A DNA stretch of 62,043 nt, the filler included, from Sphacelaria rigidula (lineage: Eukaryota): NCBI GenBank assembly GCA_964200075.2. It is 6 parts of 6 records of this genome, joined end to end, with 100 filler letters (N's around TTAATTAATTAA, not from the genome) between each part and the next. Parts side by side here need not be neighbours in the genome. Positions count along the whole stretch, not along the records: positions 31,076 to 41,332 come from CAXNAA020006848.1; positions 41,433 to 51,688 come from CAXNAA020006849.1; 4 more parts are not named here. One strand, given 5' to 3'. A program made the translations under genes and the position numbers. Numbering within the stretch: the stretch's first letter is position 1; every line of letters starts with the position of its first letter. Positions 37,999 to 50,207 of this stretch are shown one piece after another. The notes below the pieces were generated by a model. That model was given only the letters and a program-made list of their open reading frames with translations. It was not told where the DNA came from and searched no databases.

Positions 37999-38996
37999 GC
38001 AGTGTCAAGACGCCTGGGTGTTGCGCTCAACGACGAGCCACCTTGGCTGCTGGTTCATGAGTAAAATTGTCTACAGCACAGTAATTAAAGTCTCAGGCAC
38101 TGACTCTGCCAACAGTGTCATTATCCATGATCTTTACAGCTACTCTGATGGGGCTAACGCATTCAACCTTCGCGGTGTGATGGGCGTCTGCCGTGGAGCG
38201 GTCAATGCGCTGAATGCATTCATACGAGAAAAACTTGGGCAAAGGACTGGGGAAGCACATGAGAAGGGACCCCCTTGTCAAGTCGCTCAGCATGCTAAAT
38301 AATGTTGGGATGATGCGAGCTGAGAATTGATGCCGATGTATTGCACAGTATTATTGCGTGGGCGAGAGGAAGTTGGACGCTACACTGCGTGAGAAAAAGC
38401 ACAAGCAGCCGCGATGATCGAGGGCTATTGACTACAGAAGTACTAGGGTTCGCGAAGCTCACGAGCGTCGTTCGTGCGCTTTCCCAAGTGTAGTCGCCTA
38501 GATGTTGGGTAGGAGATGGGAAGGGGGAATACTGTGGTTTAGTACAGAAAAAAGTGATGTGTCATGAAAAGTACGCCCCGCCCCACGACACATGAACACC
38601 GACCGACCCGTTCCCATCATGTATGTACAAACCAACCCGATGCATCCCCTCTTTTCCCCTTCCCATAAGTTCCTCCTCCACGTAGGTTTCCCCTGCTATA
38701 TGGAGAAGACCACGATGGCAGTCGGGATTGTGTCTTGTGTACGTCATGGTTTACTTTACACAGGGGAGTGAGATACATTTCCCACACCTGACTTTAGCCA
38801 CGAGCACGAATACTATACTGTAATACCAAAAGTGTATGTGTAACCAAGGGTCTGTCGAGAGAAAAGTTCCGGACACGGAGCCCCTCCCCTCCACCCCCTC
38901 CCGGAGAGCAATTTTTCGCAAATTCTCATGATTTTCGACATTTTATATTTGTGGCTTTTTTGTGATGTTTTTTTGTGATTTTTGTTCAAATTGTTG

Positions 38997-39482
38997 AGGC
39001 CGCGCTCCTAATCACGGACAAAAATAAAAATCTGGACAAGTGCCTTTCTGGAGTTTTTACGTCGTTTCACGCCCCAAAAGAGAGCTATAGGCGGAGTTTG
39101 ACACCTTGGAATGACTTGCTCAACTAGTTGAGGCGGTTCCAGGACATCTTCCCGTTTTTCGGTGGCCGCAGTTTTTATTTCGGTTAAACAAGAGTTTTTG
39201 TCCAGGGACGGTGAAAAACAGTCAAGTCCAGAGAAAAGTGCCCCGATTTCTCTGGACTTGACTGTTTTTCACCGTTCCTGGACAAAAACTCTTGTTTGGC
39301 CGAAATAAAAACTGCGGCCACCGGAAAACGGGAAGATGTCCTGGAACCGCCTCAACTAGTAGAGCAAGTCATCCCAAGGCGTCAAACTCCGCCTACCTCT
39401 TTTTTGGGGCGTAAAACGACGTAAAAGCCCCAAAAGGGCACTTTTCCAGATTTGTATTCTTGTCTGTTATAAGGAGCGGCCT
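38997..39482. mobile_element. Foldback (palindromic) MITE
   Basis: Near-perfect inverted arms of about 235 nt centred near 39241 (e.g. aacagtcaagtccagagaaa / tttctctggacttgactgtt). Family fragments lie at 1-65, 8967-9456, about 54630-55080 and about 56740-56930. Confidence 0.88.
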
Positions 39483-39885
39483 AAAAAAAAACAATCAACA
39501 AACACCGACAAACACCAGAAAATTCTGGCGGCCTTTACGAAATTTGCTTCTGCTTCTTGCCCGCCCTGTCCCAATGACTCGGATGCCGACAACGCTCACA
39601 CACATTTATGTACAATACACGAGCGCACGGTGGCGACAGCCTGTAGCCAAAGTAGCAAGCAACATTATCTCACGCCTCGCCAAATTTTCCCGGACTCCTA
39701 GTGGTAGGTAGTCGAGGCATACGACACGGAACATGATCCCATGAATGTACTCATGGTAGTTGATGAGCTTGGAGGGGCGGTGTGTCCGTCATCTCAGCGG
39801 TCTCCATGCTAAGGATCTTTGTACACGGCAGCTGACCAGACCCGCCAACGCCTCGGCAATATACTAGGAGACAGCGGGCTGGGCC

Positions 39886-39929
<44 letters not shown>

Positions 39930-39960
39930 ACCGCGGCCCCCCCCCCCCCCCTCCTCCCCT
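39886..39960. repeat. Poly-C tract
   Basis: Long C homopolymer interrupted once by accgcgg. Confidence 0.9.
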
Positions 39961-40231
39961 CAACAACTCGATTTCCGATCGTGGGGCCTACGTGCCCCGA
40001 AATATATTTTTGATGGACCCTTGGTGAAACAGTATTTTGTATCTGTTTCGGTACATGGAACCGCTTCGATAGGTACGGGGTGGATCTCGATCCGTTACCA
40101 AGAACAAGTAACCGTTTTCAGAGCATAAGTATCCAGTACAGTAGACTGTAGGCTACGGTAGTCTGATGACAGCCCTCCCTCACGGTGTGCTGTAATAGCG
40201 CGAGGGAAATGAGAACACTCACGTATCCGCT

Positions 40232-40542
40232 TCACAACAGCTTGCCGTACCTCAATGGCTGATTGGGAATGGTCGCGTACACAGACAAGTACAACAGCTC
40301 GTGCAAGCTGGGCGAAGCAGAAAACGGATTTAAGCTCTCACAGCTATATCTCGTCGAGACATACGAATTGAGCCGCAAGGTGGAAGGTTATCGAAGGTGC
40401 CGCTCGCAATGTTCCTGGGTTACAAATCCAGTAACTCACGTTGTGTAAGGTTCATGCCGAAACATTGCGCAATATCGCGCGTGTGGATATTCCACGGTGT
40501 CCCGCGCATGGACACCGTTGTTCAGCGTGGTACGCACCGTGC
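40232..40542 (-). CDS. Candidate last two exons of an unidentified gene
   Basis: Exons 40542-40440 and 40307-40232 have AG acceptors (ttttctgcttcgcccag), a GTGAGT donor and matching phase. They give TVRTTLNNGVHARDTVEYPHARYCAMFRHEPYTTLHELLYLSVYATIPNQPLRYGKLL*. No family recognised. Confidence 0.4.
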
Positions 40543-41332
40543 CTTGGCAATGAAATACAAACGGTTGGGTATAGATTAATTCTTGATGCATGCGCTCTTG
40601 TTTACGAAAATAATCCTTCCTGCAGGCCGCATGATCCTCGAGTGGGGACAGTCAAATTCCGAGCATCAAGCGGCCTGCTGGCAATAGTTCCGTCGCACAA
40701 GGCCTCTCACGCATTTTTTGTTTCAAATACTGTTGCTATCCGCCCGCGCCCCTCTCGACCACAACATCTGAAAAAGAAAAAAAGTAACACATTTACGAGA
40801 CGTGAGGGCATCTTGTCTCTACATCGCGCCAACCTGATGAGTGACTCCCACCCCAGCAGAGTGCGGCACCCACGACCATGAATTCAAGTCACGGGAAAGA
40901 CACACGCCAGAGGAACGTCACTTGACCACTACCACCAATCATTAAAAGCAAAAGACTCGTGTCCGAATATTGTACAGTGCAGAAGCAATTAATATGTATG
41001 AGAGTGATGCGTATTGCGTTGCTCTGTAACCCAGTTCACGGCTTCCATTAATGACGCATCAAAGCATCGAAGGCATGTTTGGTTTTTGACCCAACGTGGA
41101 GGGGGCATGCCGAACCTTGAAATATCAAGGCCTGAGTCGACAATTTATTCCTGGAATGCGTGCGTCGTACAAATATGCTTCCAAGAGCAAGCATAACCCC
41201 CCCCCCCCCCCAACACAGCACGGCGAGAACCGGCGTGCTCCGTCCCGGCTTTGTAGGAGCGGACCCCCGATGGGGTTGGCGTCGCTTGGCGATGACGCTG
41301 TAAAACACGCCACTCACTACGTAAGCTAGACA

Positions 41333-41432
41333 NNNNNNNNNNNNNNNNNNNNNNNNNNNNNNNNNNNNNNNNNNNNTTAATTAATTAANNNNNNNNNNNN
41401 NNNNNNNNNNNNNNNNNNNNNNNNNNNNNNNN
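41333..41432. other. Artificial contig linker
   Basis: N-run with central TTAATTAATTAA. Confidence 0.98.
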
Positions 41433-41486
41433 CACTCATCCATCAGAAGGTTACGAGGTTACCAACTGAGCCACCGGGGCGACCGG
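41433..41486 (-). mobile_element. tRNA-derived SINE head (cut by contig end)
   Basis: Minus strand reads ccggtcgccccggTGGCTCAGTTGGtaacctcgtaaccttctga, containing a Pol III A box. It matches the head at 49410. Confidence 0.7.
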
Positions 41487-43956
41487 TGTACATGGTAAAA
41501 AAGGGGTTACACGGCGAAAAGAAATGTATGGTGGTGGTGCTTACCGTAGGCAGTGGTTCAGTGTCCGGCTCCGCTCCTCGTGGCCGTAGGCCGGGTAACC
41601 TGTCGATTTTTTTTTTTTTTTTGTGGGGTTGAGGGTCGTATTTGCTTGGTGGCGTCACGGGGTTCTCTCCGCCAGGGGGGGGAGAACAGGTAGTGTTCCG
41701 TGGTACCTTCCGAGGAGTGGAGTTGTCGTTTCTCGAGGCAAATGCCTCTTTTTCTTGGAACAAGTGCCGTTGGAAAACAGACGAGAGCTCAGCACGGGTG
41801 TCGTAGAAGCAGTCTCGACACCTCATTGAGTGTTCGTCATTATTCCCCGCTGACAAGTCAAACAGGGTTTTTGAGGTAGGGGGGGCTGCTGCATTCGTAG
41901 CAACGGTGAGAACTGTTCTCGTTCGCTTTGACTAGGGTCTCAGCGCCGTTGCGGTCGTCAGCGTGAGCGTTTACCCTGTCTTTACCGCCGGTGGGGTCGG
42001 TCATGCGGTGGTACGCGGAGTGCTGACACCGATGTCCACGCCACGCCCAAGGCAGACAAAGGGGGCCTTTTTCTTGGCGCCCTTCGGCACTGGATTCGTT
42101 CCCTGGGATACAGAGACATGGGTGGTGCACACGGAGCACCTGTTGACGTTGAACGAATCAGGGGAAGGACATAGGGACGGTTGCGGAAAGTGCAGCGAGG
42201 AAAGTACGGAAAGAAACATAGTTGAACCGTGAGCGAATGCGTGACCAACGGGTGTTGGAAGCGATACTGTCAAGTGGTTGGAAAAAGCAAGAAGTTGGAT
42301 AATAGGTTGCTTTTGATAATCACGTTACGAGTTGAGCTAGTCTGAAGAATGTTTGGGCGGTTGATCACCTTTGCACGGCCAGTCTAAGAGTCGGAATCTG
42401 AAATTTGAGCTTGATAACCTTACCGTGATAAAACCATCGGCATGTTAGTAATTGTGGCATTTTTTACAATCAGATTTCGAGTATAGGACCGACGCGAAGA
42501 AGCAAGTACAGCATGTAGAAGTGAGTTGTATTGCGTGAACACAGAAAAGGCGGGAGGTCCTCTTCTAGCGAACGGTCCTCCTTGCGTGTTGAATCATGGG
42601 CTGAATTCGGATGGTGTCAACTCCTATGGGAAAGTACACCGAAGACATGCATCAATTGGGCTGGGAACTGGACCAGTTAATACTGTCTATCTCCACTGTA
42701 ACTGGAGGTAAACCGGAAATGGCTACGAGAGCGCCAGTTGTCCAGTTTATGTGGGGGTTTGTCGTGACGGGGTATTTTTATAATAGTTTTTATTATGGTG
42801 AGTTTATAGCAAAGAAACACAGTACATAATTAGACTGTACGATTGAAGTCTGCACTCTACAGAAGTACAGGTACCACAAACTTCGTTGGTACCCTGTTGT
42901 CCTGCAGTTTTCCATCTATCGACCATAGCGGGTAGGTCGACGGTTGGTCAGTCGAATGAGGAAAATGAAGAAATATACAAGAAGGGTGACTTATTTAAGG
43001 TGGGACGCTTGCTGCGGAAGTGCCGAACGCCAAACCCAAATTGACAATCGCATGGTGAAGAGTGTTCTTAACATGATGCAGTACATGCACACTACAGTAG
43101 TCAGCGTCAGAAGTATGCGGAATTCGTAGTTTCTTAGTTTCTCAAAGATTTTCCAAACCTTTTTCGCTTGCCACTGCTCATCACAGTGACTGTTGATGCC
43201 AAAAAATGGGCACCTGGAGATATTTTTATCATCTTAACAAATATTGAAAGAGAAGATATCTGCGATCAATACTGAGTAACTGACGGGCTTGACCGATCTT
43301 CGAGGGTCCTGCGAAAGTGCAATCCTAGGTTCTAGCTTCTCGGTATTTTCGGTGAACCGACTCGATCCCGATCATATAAGTGAAGACTCAAAAAGGATTA
43401 TTGTTTTTGAAATTCCACCTATTCACTGCGCTTAAGCCGGAAAATTACGTGTCTCGGACCATTCACGGTCAATAACACCCTCCTGATGAACGGGGTCTTT
43501 ACTCCGTATCGCCCCCACAACACCAACTTAGGCATTGTGATTTGAGCACGGTCTGCTTATTTTGCCAAAACTCTCAACGCTAGCACTTTCGAGTGCTCAT
43601 GGAAAATGTGATGCCAAAACCCCCCGAAAAGAGGCCATCCGCAGAAAATGCTAGACTGAGGTCTGTGCAGTATAGAAGGGCAACACGATCTCGATCGTTA
43701 TTGTGGAGAATTGTGTATGTATTCATTTATCTGAATATTCACCGTTTCGTTGCGGAAGAGCCGCAAAACTGTCTTATTGGACCAAAAAACGGCCAATAAA
43801 ACCCTCCTAATAAACGGGGTATCTAGTCCGTATCGCCCCAAACACACCAACTTGGGCACCGCAGTTTGAGCGCGAGCCACGCTTTCCCCCTGAATCTATC
43901 GGCGCTAGCACTTTCAAGTAGTAATGAAGAATAATACTCGAGAAAACTCAAAAACT

Positions 43957-44208
43957 TGTGACGCCAGCAGGTTGCTAGTACTGCAGCGTCTGATGCTGTT
44001 GAGGGACTCCCCCGTTCCACTGGCCTCAGGTTTGAGTTGTAAGCCTTCACAATACCTTTTATTATCCTAGAGTGCCACCCAGCCGCCTCCACAAACCACA
44101 TCAGGGTATCACCCCTGTGTCCATGCCATCATTCGTATCATCACTACAGATCCCAAGTCATCATCTAATCATCACTAAAACTCAACGTGACGGCGTGATT
44201 TCGTCACA
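43957..44208 (-). repeat. 3' LTR
   Basis: TG...CA termini; direct repeat of 48582-49282 once the MITE is removed. Confidence 0.92.
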
Positions 44209-44287
44209 GCACCCCCAAAGCGCGTTGGACGAGAATCGAGCAACACGCTTGACACTCAGAAAAATAACGCCAAGATGATTGAGCAAG

Positions 44288-47083
44288 TCACAACTGAATA
44301 CCAAACTCGATCGTAATACGAGCAGTAATGGAACGAGTCACTCGCACTTCATGCAACTCCTTCTTGAGAAATTCCGGAGCGGCCTCAAAAGTATTTTTAA
44401 AAGGCTCCCACGTACGCTCCTCGACTTCAAAACCTACCCAGTCGACCAATACGATCAACGAACGATCCTCTGCCTTTGCCACGCGAATAATCCCAGCCAT
44501 CTGAAATTGCCCCTGGTTGAAAGCGTGCTGAAACACATCCTTCACATCTGCCGTTACATAAAGCTGCGAGACTGCATAAAAACGCAGACGGGCTACATGG
44601 GCGGTCTGAACACGACCCGAAAGAATGTTTTGGATCTCAAACACATGCGGGTAATGAGCACCAACCACTCCCCACGGACCAGTCCACGTCGCCATCAATT
44701 GAGGCGTAACTCCCGGGCGACGCACGCGTGCATACAAAACATCATCGCCTACCTCGAAATTCGGCAATTCCAGCCCCGACGAAGACCCTTGACGTCTTCG
44801 CGCACGTTCAGCGACACGCTCCTGCACTTGAACGTGCAAACTTTTCTGCACCTCCAAAACTCCTTGCAACGCACGCTTCAGTTGCGCATCGTCCAAGACA
44901 TCACAGCTCCACTCCCCCGCCGATGAGGACGCCAACACCGAGAAAGACGTCTGAGGTGCACGACCAAACATCACGTGATACGGCGTATTATCGTACCGAC
45001 GGCGATAAGCTGTATTTAGCGCCCATTGCACAGCGGGCAACACGTCCACCCTCTCAGTCACCTCTCGACGCTGCTCGAGAAGAATAGAGCGAAGAGCACG
45101 AACTACTTCCTTGACCATGCGTTCGCACGTACCGTTAGACCACGGAGAATACGCTACCGCAAACTAACTGGTGATCAACGCGCAAAGCCTCTCGCGATCG
45201 GGCCAAGATCGCATTCTTGAAATGCGTGGCGGTATCATTCACCCACACACGAGGCACCCCCAAAGTTTTGCACCTATTCAGCAAAGACGCAGCAGTCGAT
45301 TCAGCAGTACACTCTGCTACTGGTTCCAGAGCCACAAAGTTGATCAAATCATCCATGATTACCTAAATGTATCAGAACCCAGCATCCTCCTACAAACCGT
45401 GGGAAGCTAGCGGGCCACTCTCGCCCACGTGCAAGAAGTCAAAATGAACGACTTCATTCGGCGTGATCCCATGGACCGTTTCGCCGAGCGGACGGGGAAC
45501 AACATCGCCCGCCCTCGAGTCAGCACAGTAAAGACACTGGCGGACAAAGTCGCGCACATGAGTTTCTATCCCCTGGTCGACACAATATTCTTGCAAGCGC
45601 ACGAGCGTCGTGGCCACACCACGATGCCCGGCGTCGCGCATGTGCGCGCAAATCATCAGACATACCTGCAACTGCTTGTCAGAACTCGGTATTCGCAAAA
45701 CGTTTCGGCCACACCCATGCACACGAAACAGACCTTTATTGTCCAAGTAAGCAGTACCAACGTCCGACTCGAAAGATTGCACATCCACATTTTCGGCCCC
45801 AAGGTCTCTCCGTTGCGCTTGGCGGACAAAAGATTTGGACGGCATCGAGTCATCAGGTTCACACGGACCATACACAGCCACAGCGCGCACAGGCATTTCA
45901 AATTCAACTGCAGGCGCCTGCATGACCAAACTACCACAATGGCACTCAGATGCATACGGAAACATTGACGCCTGACAATTAGGCCGAGGATGAAAAGCGT
46001 CACGGCATGAGTCACCAGATCCTTCGCTGCCGCCCACGCCTGCAATTTACCCTCCGTCCACGATGCAGCCTTCTTCGGAAACGCCATATCTGGATTGGAC
46101 CACCCCGCCTGCAAATTCCGTACCACCAACCCGAGCGCCAAAACAGCCACCATGCGCAATGCCAACCAACTCGACTTCACTGGATCGTACCGCCGCGGCT
46201 TCGTCTTCGCCGCGGACGCCCCAGGTTTTGGCTGAACACGCATGGGCTCCACGCGCGCAGGGGGATCACTCCGCAGCGCACGACGAAACGCGTTGACGCG
46301 GCAATGCAATATGCCGAGCAGGCGCTCCGCTTTTGAGACGCTGAGGCCTGTTGCCACAGCATCCGTCACGCTCTCCTCCAGCGCGACCTTCCGAGCGGAC
46401 TCCTCTTCCGCCGGGTTCATGATTATATCGGGGCCACGCTCCACAAAGCGTTCCACCGCCGCATCCCGCTCCTCGGACACCTGCCCCCCCGCCTCCTGGA
46501 GAGCATCAACCGACAAGCTCACTCTGCGACTGGCCAAAAAAGCAGGCGTCTCGACACTCGAACCGGGCGACGGCAATTGCGTTTTTAGGAACTCTAACAG
46601 CCGATCATACGTATCGACTCCGAGCCCCAGAAGCGTCGGTAAGCCCAACAGAACGACACCATCCGTTCCCGGCATGATCGCAAACGATATCGGGGTTGAT
46701 TTCGCTGACCCCCAGGTAGTCCTGAACGCCAACTGTGGGAGAATCGTACGCTCCGTGACATTTATACGTTGCCCCGATGCGGTGATGGCCTGCCGCGCCC
46801 CGAGCGAGAACGGAATGCGGATTTGCTCACCAGGGAGTAGACGCTCCAGCATCTCCACAATCAGCACCGACACGCTCGTGGAATGGGCGCCTGAATCCAA
46901 CACAGCGTTGACCGATATGGCTCCCCGCACCCGTTGATTTGGAAGATACAACTCTGCAGGAATATAATTTTCTTGATCCTCAACCCCCACCTGCTCCGCC
47001 GACTGATTTGCCGTGATCCCCACTTGGCGCCACGGGTGCGCGTGCGGCGCAGGCATAGACGCCCCCGCTGGGGTCACCGGCAT
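44288..47083 (-). pseudogene. Gypsy pol remnant (aspartic protease, truncated RT/RNase H, integrase, chromodomain)
   Basis: LDSGA protease motif. HMRDAGHRG...CLYC zinc finger. VVHFDFLHVG and ERMVKEVVRALR integrase core. LVDWVGFEVEERTWEP chromodomain. The region is broken by frameshifts and stops, and the RT core with YxDD is absent. Confidence 0.9.
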
Positions 47084-47095
47084 CGCCGGCGGATA

Positions 47096-48277
47096 CTAGG
47101 CCTCGACCGCAAAACCAAAGTGCAGCGGTATTCCGGCCGACGCAGCAGCGGATACAAATTTCAGCTGAAATCCGGCCGGCTCAGCAGCAGACGTCTCGCC
47201 TTGCTCTGCTGACGGCGGCGCCGGCACCGAGCCCGACACTCGAATGGTCGATCCCACCTGCACCGCCCCTTGCGGAGCAGCATCTCCTGCGGCTGAGCCG
47301 GACCAAGAACCAGACCCCTGCTGACGCCGCCGCTGCTGATGCTGGGAACTCGACTGTACAGCTCCACCGCTGGAGGACCCACCTCCGCCACCACCCCGAT
47401 CACCTTTTCCTCCTTTGTGATTGCGAGGACGCGCGGCACTCTTATGCCCAGACTCCTCCTCGGACGGCGTTGGGCACCTGTGTGAGTAGTGGCCTACCTG
47501 GCCACACTGGAAGCACGTGATATTGGCGGTGGCACTGCCTGCGGATTTTGATCCGCGGTTACGCGAGCTCGAAGACTGCGGCGACGAAGTGTATGATTTC
47601 CCGAATGCTTCAGTCGTCCGCCATGCCTGAGCCTCAGCCACCACGGTATCCATAACTAAGTTCGGGTCTGACTCCCGATCGGTTTCGTGCTGTAATTGCA
47701 CAAGCACGGCCTGTTTGAATTCCACCGGTGCCAGACCCTCTATCATCGCTTTCGTGACCACCGCAGCGGGCTCTGGACGGAATTTCCCATCGGAGGAACG
47801 ATAAACCATCTCGACGTTGGGATTTCCCGAAAAATATGTCTCCAACTTTCCCATGATTGGCTCCACCCTCTCACGCATGGTCTTCCCCTTGTGGTTCATG
47901 GCGACAGCCTTCGCCACGGCCGCGGACGCCTGGGTTAGCTCTACCTCAGCGTCCGCCGCATGCCCTACATGTTTCTTGATTGCTGCAACCAATTGCAGCG
48001 GCGGTATTGTGTGCTTCTCATGGAATCTTCTCGCAAAAACTCGTTGGAGGGTGGTAGGCACGAGTTGCGCCATGGAAACCACCTAACACCTTACCGCATC
48101 CCCCGCATTCGCATGCTCCACCCGCTTCTTGTATTCCACATATTTCGTATAAAACGAACGAGAAGCACACGTAATATACAAATTCACGTAACTGGGAGGC
48201 CGCAACTTTTCTCTCAGAACAACTGGGGTTACAGTCGTCTCCGCTGGCTCTATTGCCGGTACCTCTGTAGTCGACAT
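47096..48277 (-). pseudogene. Gypsy gag with CCHC zinc knuckle
   Basis: ORFs 48083-48277 and 47096-48082 are in frame across one stop codon and contain the knuckle CFQCGQVGHYSHRC. Confidence 0.88.
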
Positions 48278-48581
48278 TTCTGAGCGGACCTAATGGAAAA
48301 CTTCTGAACCTTCTCGAACTCCATAGTTCACACCTGCCTTCGTCACCGCACCACACAGACGTGGGGTCCCATAAACTCCCGCTGCACGCAGCTCCAGCAA
48401 GTCTCCAGTCTGGATCAATCACGGGCCAGCCGCCTTTGCAGCTACCTCAGCTTGAACCCTTCTCACGCGTCCGTGAATCAATATGCCCAAAGCTGTCCAG
48501 ACTCCTTTCTACTGAATAACTTCCAGCAGTCACCAACGATAGCACAACTAACACAACTAGCACTGCCACTAATATCCATAT

Positions 48582-49282
48582 TGTGACGCCAGCAGGTTGC
48601 TAGTACTGCAGCGTCTAATAACACGGGATCTCACAAATTGGGGATGGATCCTTTATTAGGAATGAGAAAACCGGAGGATGAAAATCTTCGTATCCGCACC
48701 AAAGCTTCGAAATATGGTTCCATTTCTTCACCCACTGATAGCTATTAACAACTGCTACATACCATAGAAATTTGGATTTCGATCACCGAAATGTTGGGGT
48801 CCTAGGTGGGGAAACAACTTCAGAATAATTTTGGCGTCCGTTCGAACACCCGGAATTCCCCAAATTTGATTTTTCCACCTAGGGCCCCAACATTTCGATG
48901 ATCGAAATCCAAATTCCTGTGGCGTGTAGCAGTTGTCAATAGCTATCAGTAGGTGAAGAAATGGAACCACATTTCGAAGATTTGGTGTGGATGCGAAGAT
49001 TTTAATCCTCCGGGTTTCTCATTCCTAATAAAAGATCCATCCCCATTTTGTAAGATCCCGTGTTTAATGCTGTTGAGGGACCCCCCAGTTCCATTGGCCT
49101 CAGGTTTCAGTTGTTAGCCTTCACAACACATTCATCATCCTAGAGTGCCACCCAGCTGCCTCCATAAACCACATCAGGGTAACACCGCTGTGTCCATGTC
49201 ATCATTTATATCATCACTACAGATCCCAAGTCATCATCCAATCATCACTATAAACTCAACGTGACGGCTTGATTTCGTCACA
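48582..49282 (-). repeat. 5' LTR interrupted by a MITE
   Basis: 48582-48619 plus 49065-49282 reconstitute the LTR. Confidence 0.92.
48620..49064. mobile_element. Palindromic MITE with 4-bp TSD (TAAT)
   Basis: taat|AACACGGGATCTCACAAATTGGGGATGGATC...GATCCATCCCCATTTTGTAAGATCCCGTGTT|taat. The empty site is visible in the other LTR (gcgtc-tgat-gctg). Confidence 0.92.
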
Positions 49283-49409
49283 AACTACAACTACGAATTC
49301 TCAAGACTTCTGATGCTGACAACTATACACCTCGGATGATGCAGCAGATGTATACCTCATTCGAAAAAACAAAAACAAATGGTAGCCCGCAATCACATAA
49401 TACACAAAG

Positions 49410-49956
49410 CCGGTTGCCCCGTTGGCTTCGTTGGTAACCTCAAAACCTCCTGACAATTGGGTCTTGGGTTCAATTCTCGGAGCGATCTGGGATTTTTTTT
49501 CACACAGTGCCCAACAGTGGAGAGCGACCATGTCGTGGGTGGACAAAATTCGACTAGGTGGTCGACGAGGGAAAGGGACTGCTAAACCCCTCTCGCGATA
49601 AAAGAAGGCAAGCACCGCAGAAGGAAGGTGGGGTACTGAACACAAATGAAAAAGAAAAAGATCCTGTGTTGACCTTCCTCTTGTGTGACCCTGGCTGGTG
49701 GACCCACATTTACCGAAAGGTGTAGACCGGAGTCCAGAATAGATGGAACGACAACACAACACAACCCACACATGCATTTTATTCGACGACAGGCGTGTTT
49801 TTCGGTCCGAACGTGGAGAATTTTGCGCCCTTGTTCCCGGGTACTGCCAGCCTTGGCTTACTTGTTCCCATCTTCCGCTCCCCATGGAGAGTCTCTGCTG
49901 CTGCATACTACAGATGGATGATTTTCGAATCGCGCATCACGTTCAATGACATTTTC
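49410..49956 (+). mobile_element. tRNA-derived SINE-like element
   Basis: tRNA-like head with A box (tggcttcgttgg) and B box (gggttcaattctc). The body is colinear with 53990-54420. Confidence 0.75.
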
Positions 49957-49961
49957 GAGCA

Positions 49962-50207
49962 GACACTTTCTACGGTAGCCCCCCCAAAAACCAGCCAAAA
50001 GTGTCACGAAAAAAATAAGCATACAGCGCCTGATGCTTGGGTCCAGGCTGCATGAATTGCCTCATATTGGCAATACTGGCTAGAACGAACCCAGTCGTGA
50101 GAATTCCCAGCTGCTCGTTGTGCTCGGCTTTTCCCATTTCGATTTACGTGAAGATTTTGCCTCCCAAAACCATGCACTTTTGGGGGGGGGCTATCGTAGA
50201 AAGTGTC
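49962..50207. mobile_element. GACACTTTCTACG-family MITE
   Basis: Same TIRs and interior as 31312-31581, in opposite orientation. Confidence 0.8.

Larger units (their letters stand above)
43957..49282 (-). mobile_element. Ty3/Gypsy LTR retrotransposon with chromodomain integrase; non-autonomous, internally deleted
   Basis: LTRs at 43957-44208 and 48582-49282 (TGTGACG...CGTCACA) with 4-bp TSD AACT. A PBS-like TGGATATTAG lies next to the 5' LTR and a G-rich tract next to the 3' LTR. Domain order is gag, PR, RT/RH remnants, IN, chromodomain. Confidence 0.95.

Noticed and set aside
37700..38302. 200-aa plus-strand ORF
   Set aside because: Largely the antisense shadow of GC-rich trmB exon 1, with no motif.
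41433..41486. Functional tRNA gene
   Set aside because: It is truncated by the contig end, lacks a clean anticodon arm, and matches the head of a dispersed SINE-like repeat at 49410.
41443..42273. Cys-rich minus-strand ORFs as a gene
   Set aside because: Interrupted by stops, with no consistent splice pattern or recognisable domain. At most a decayed TE fragment.
44279..46937. Long plus-strand ORFs (215, 179 and 231 aa)
   Set aside because: Antisense shadows of Gypsy pol.
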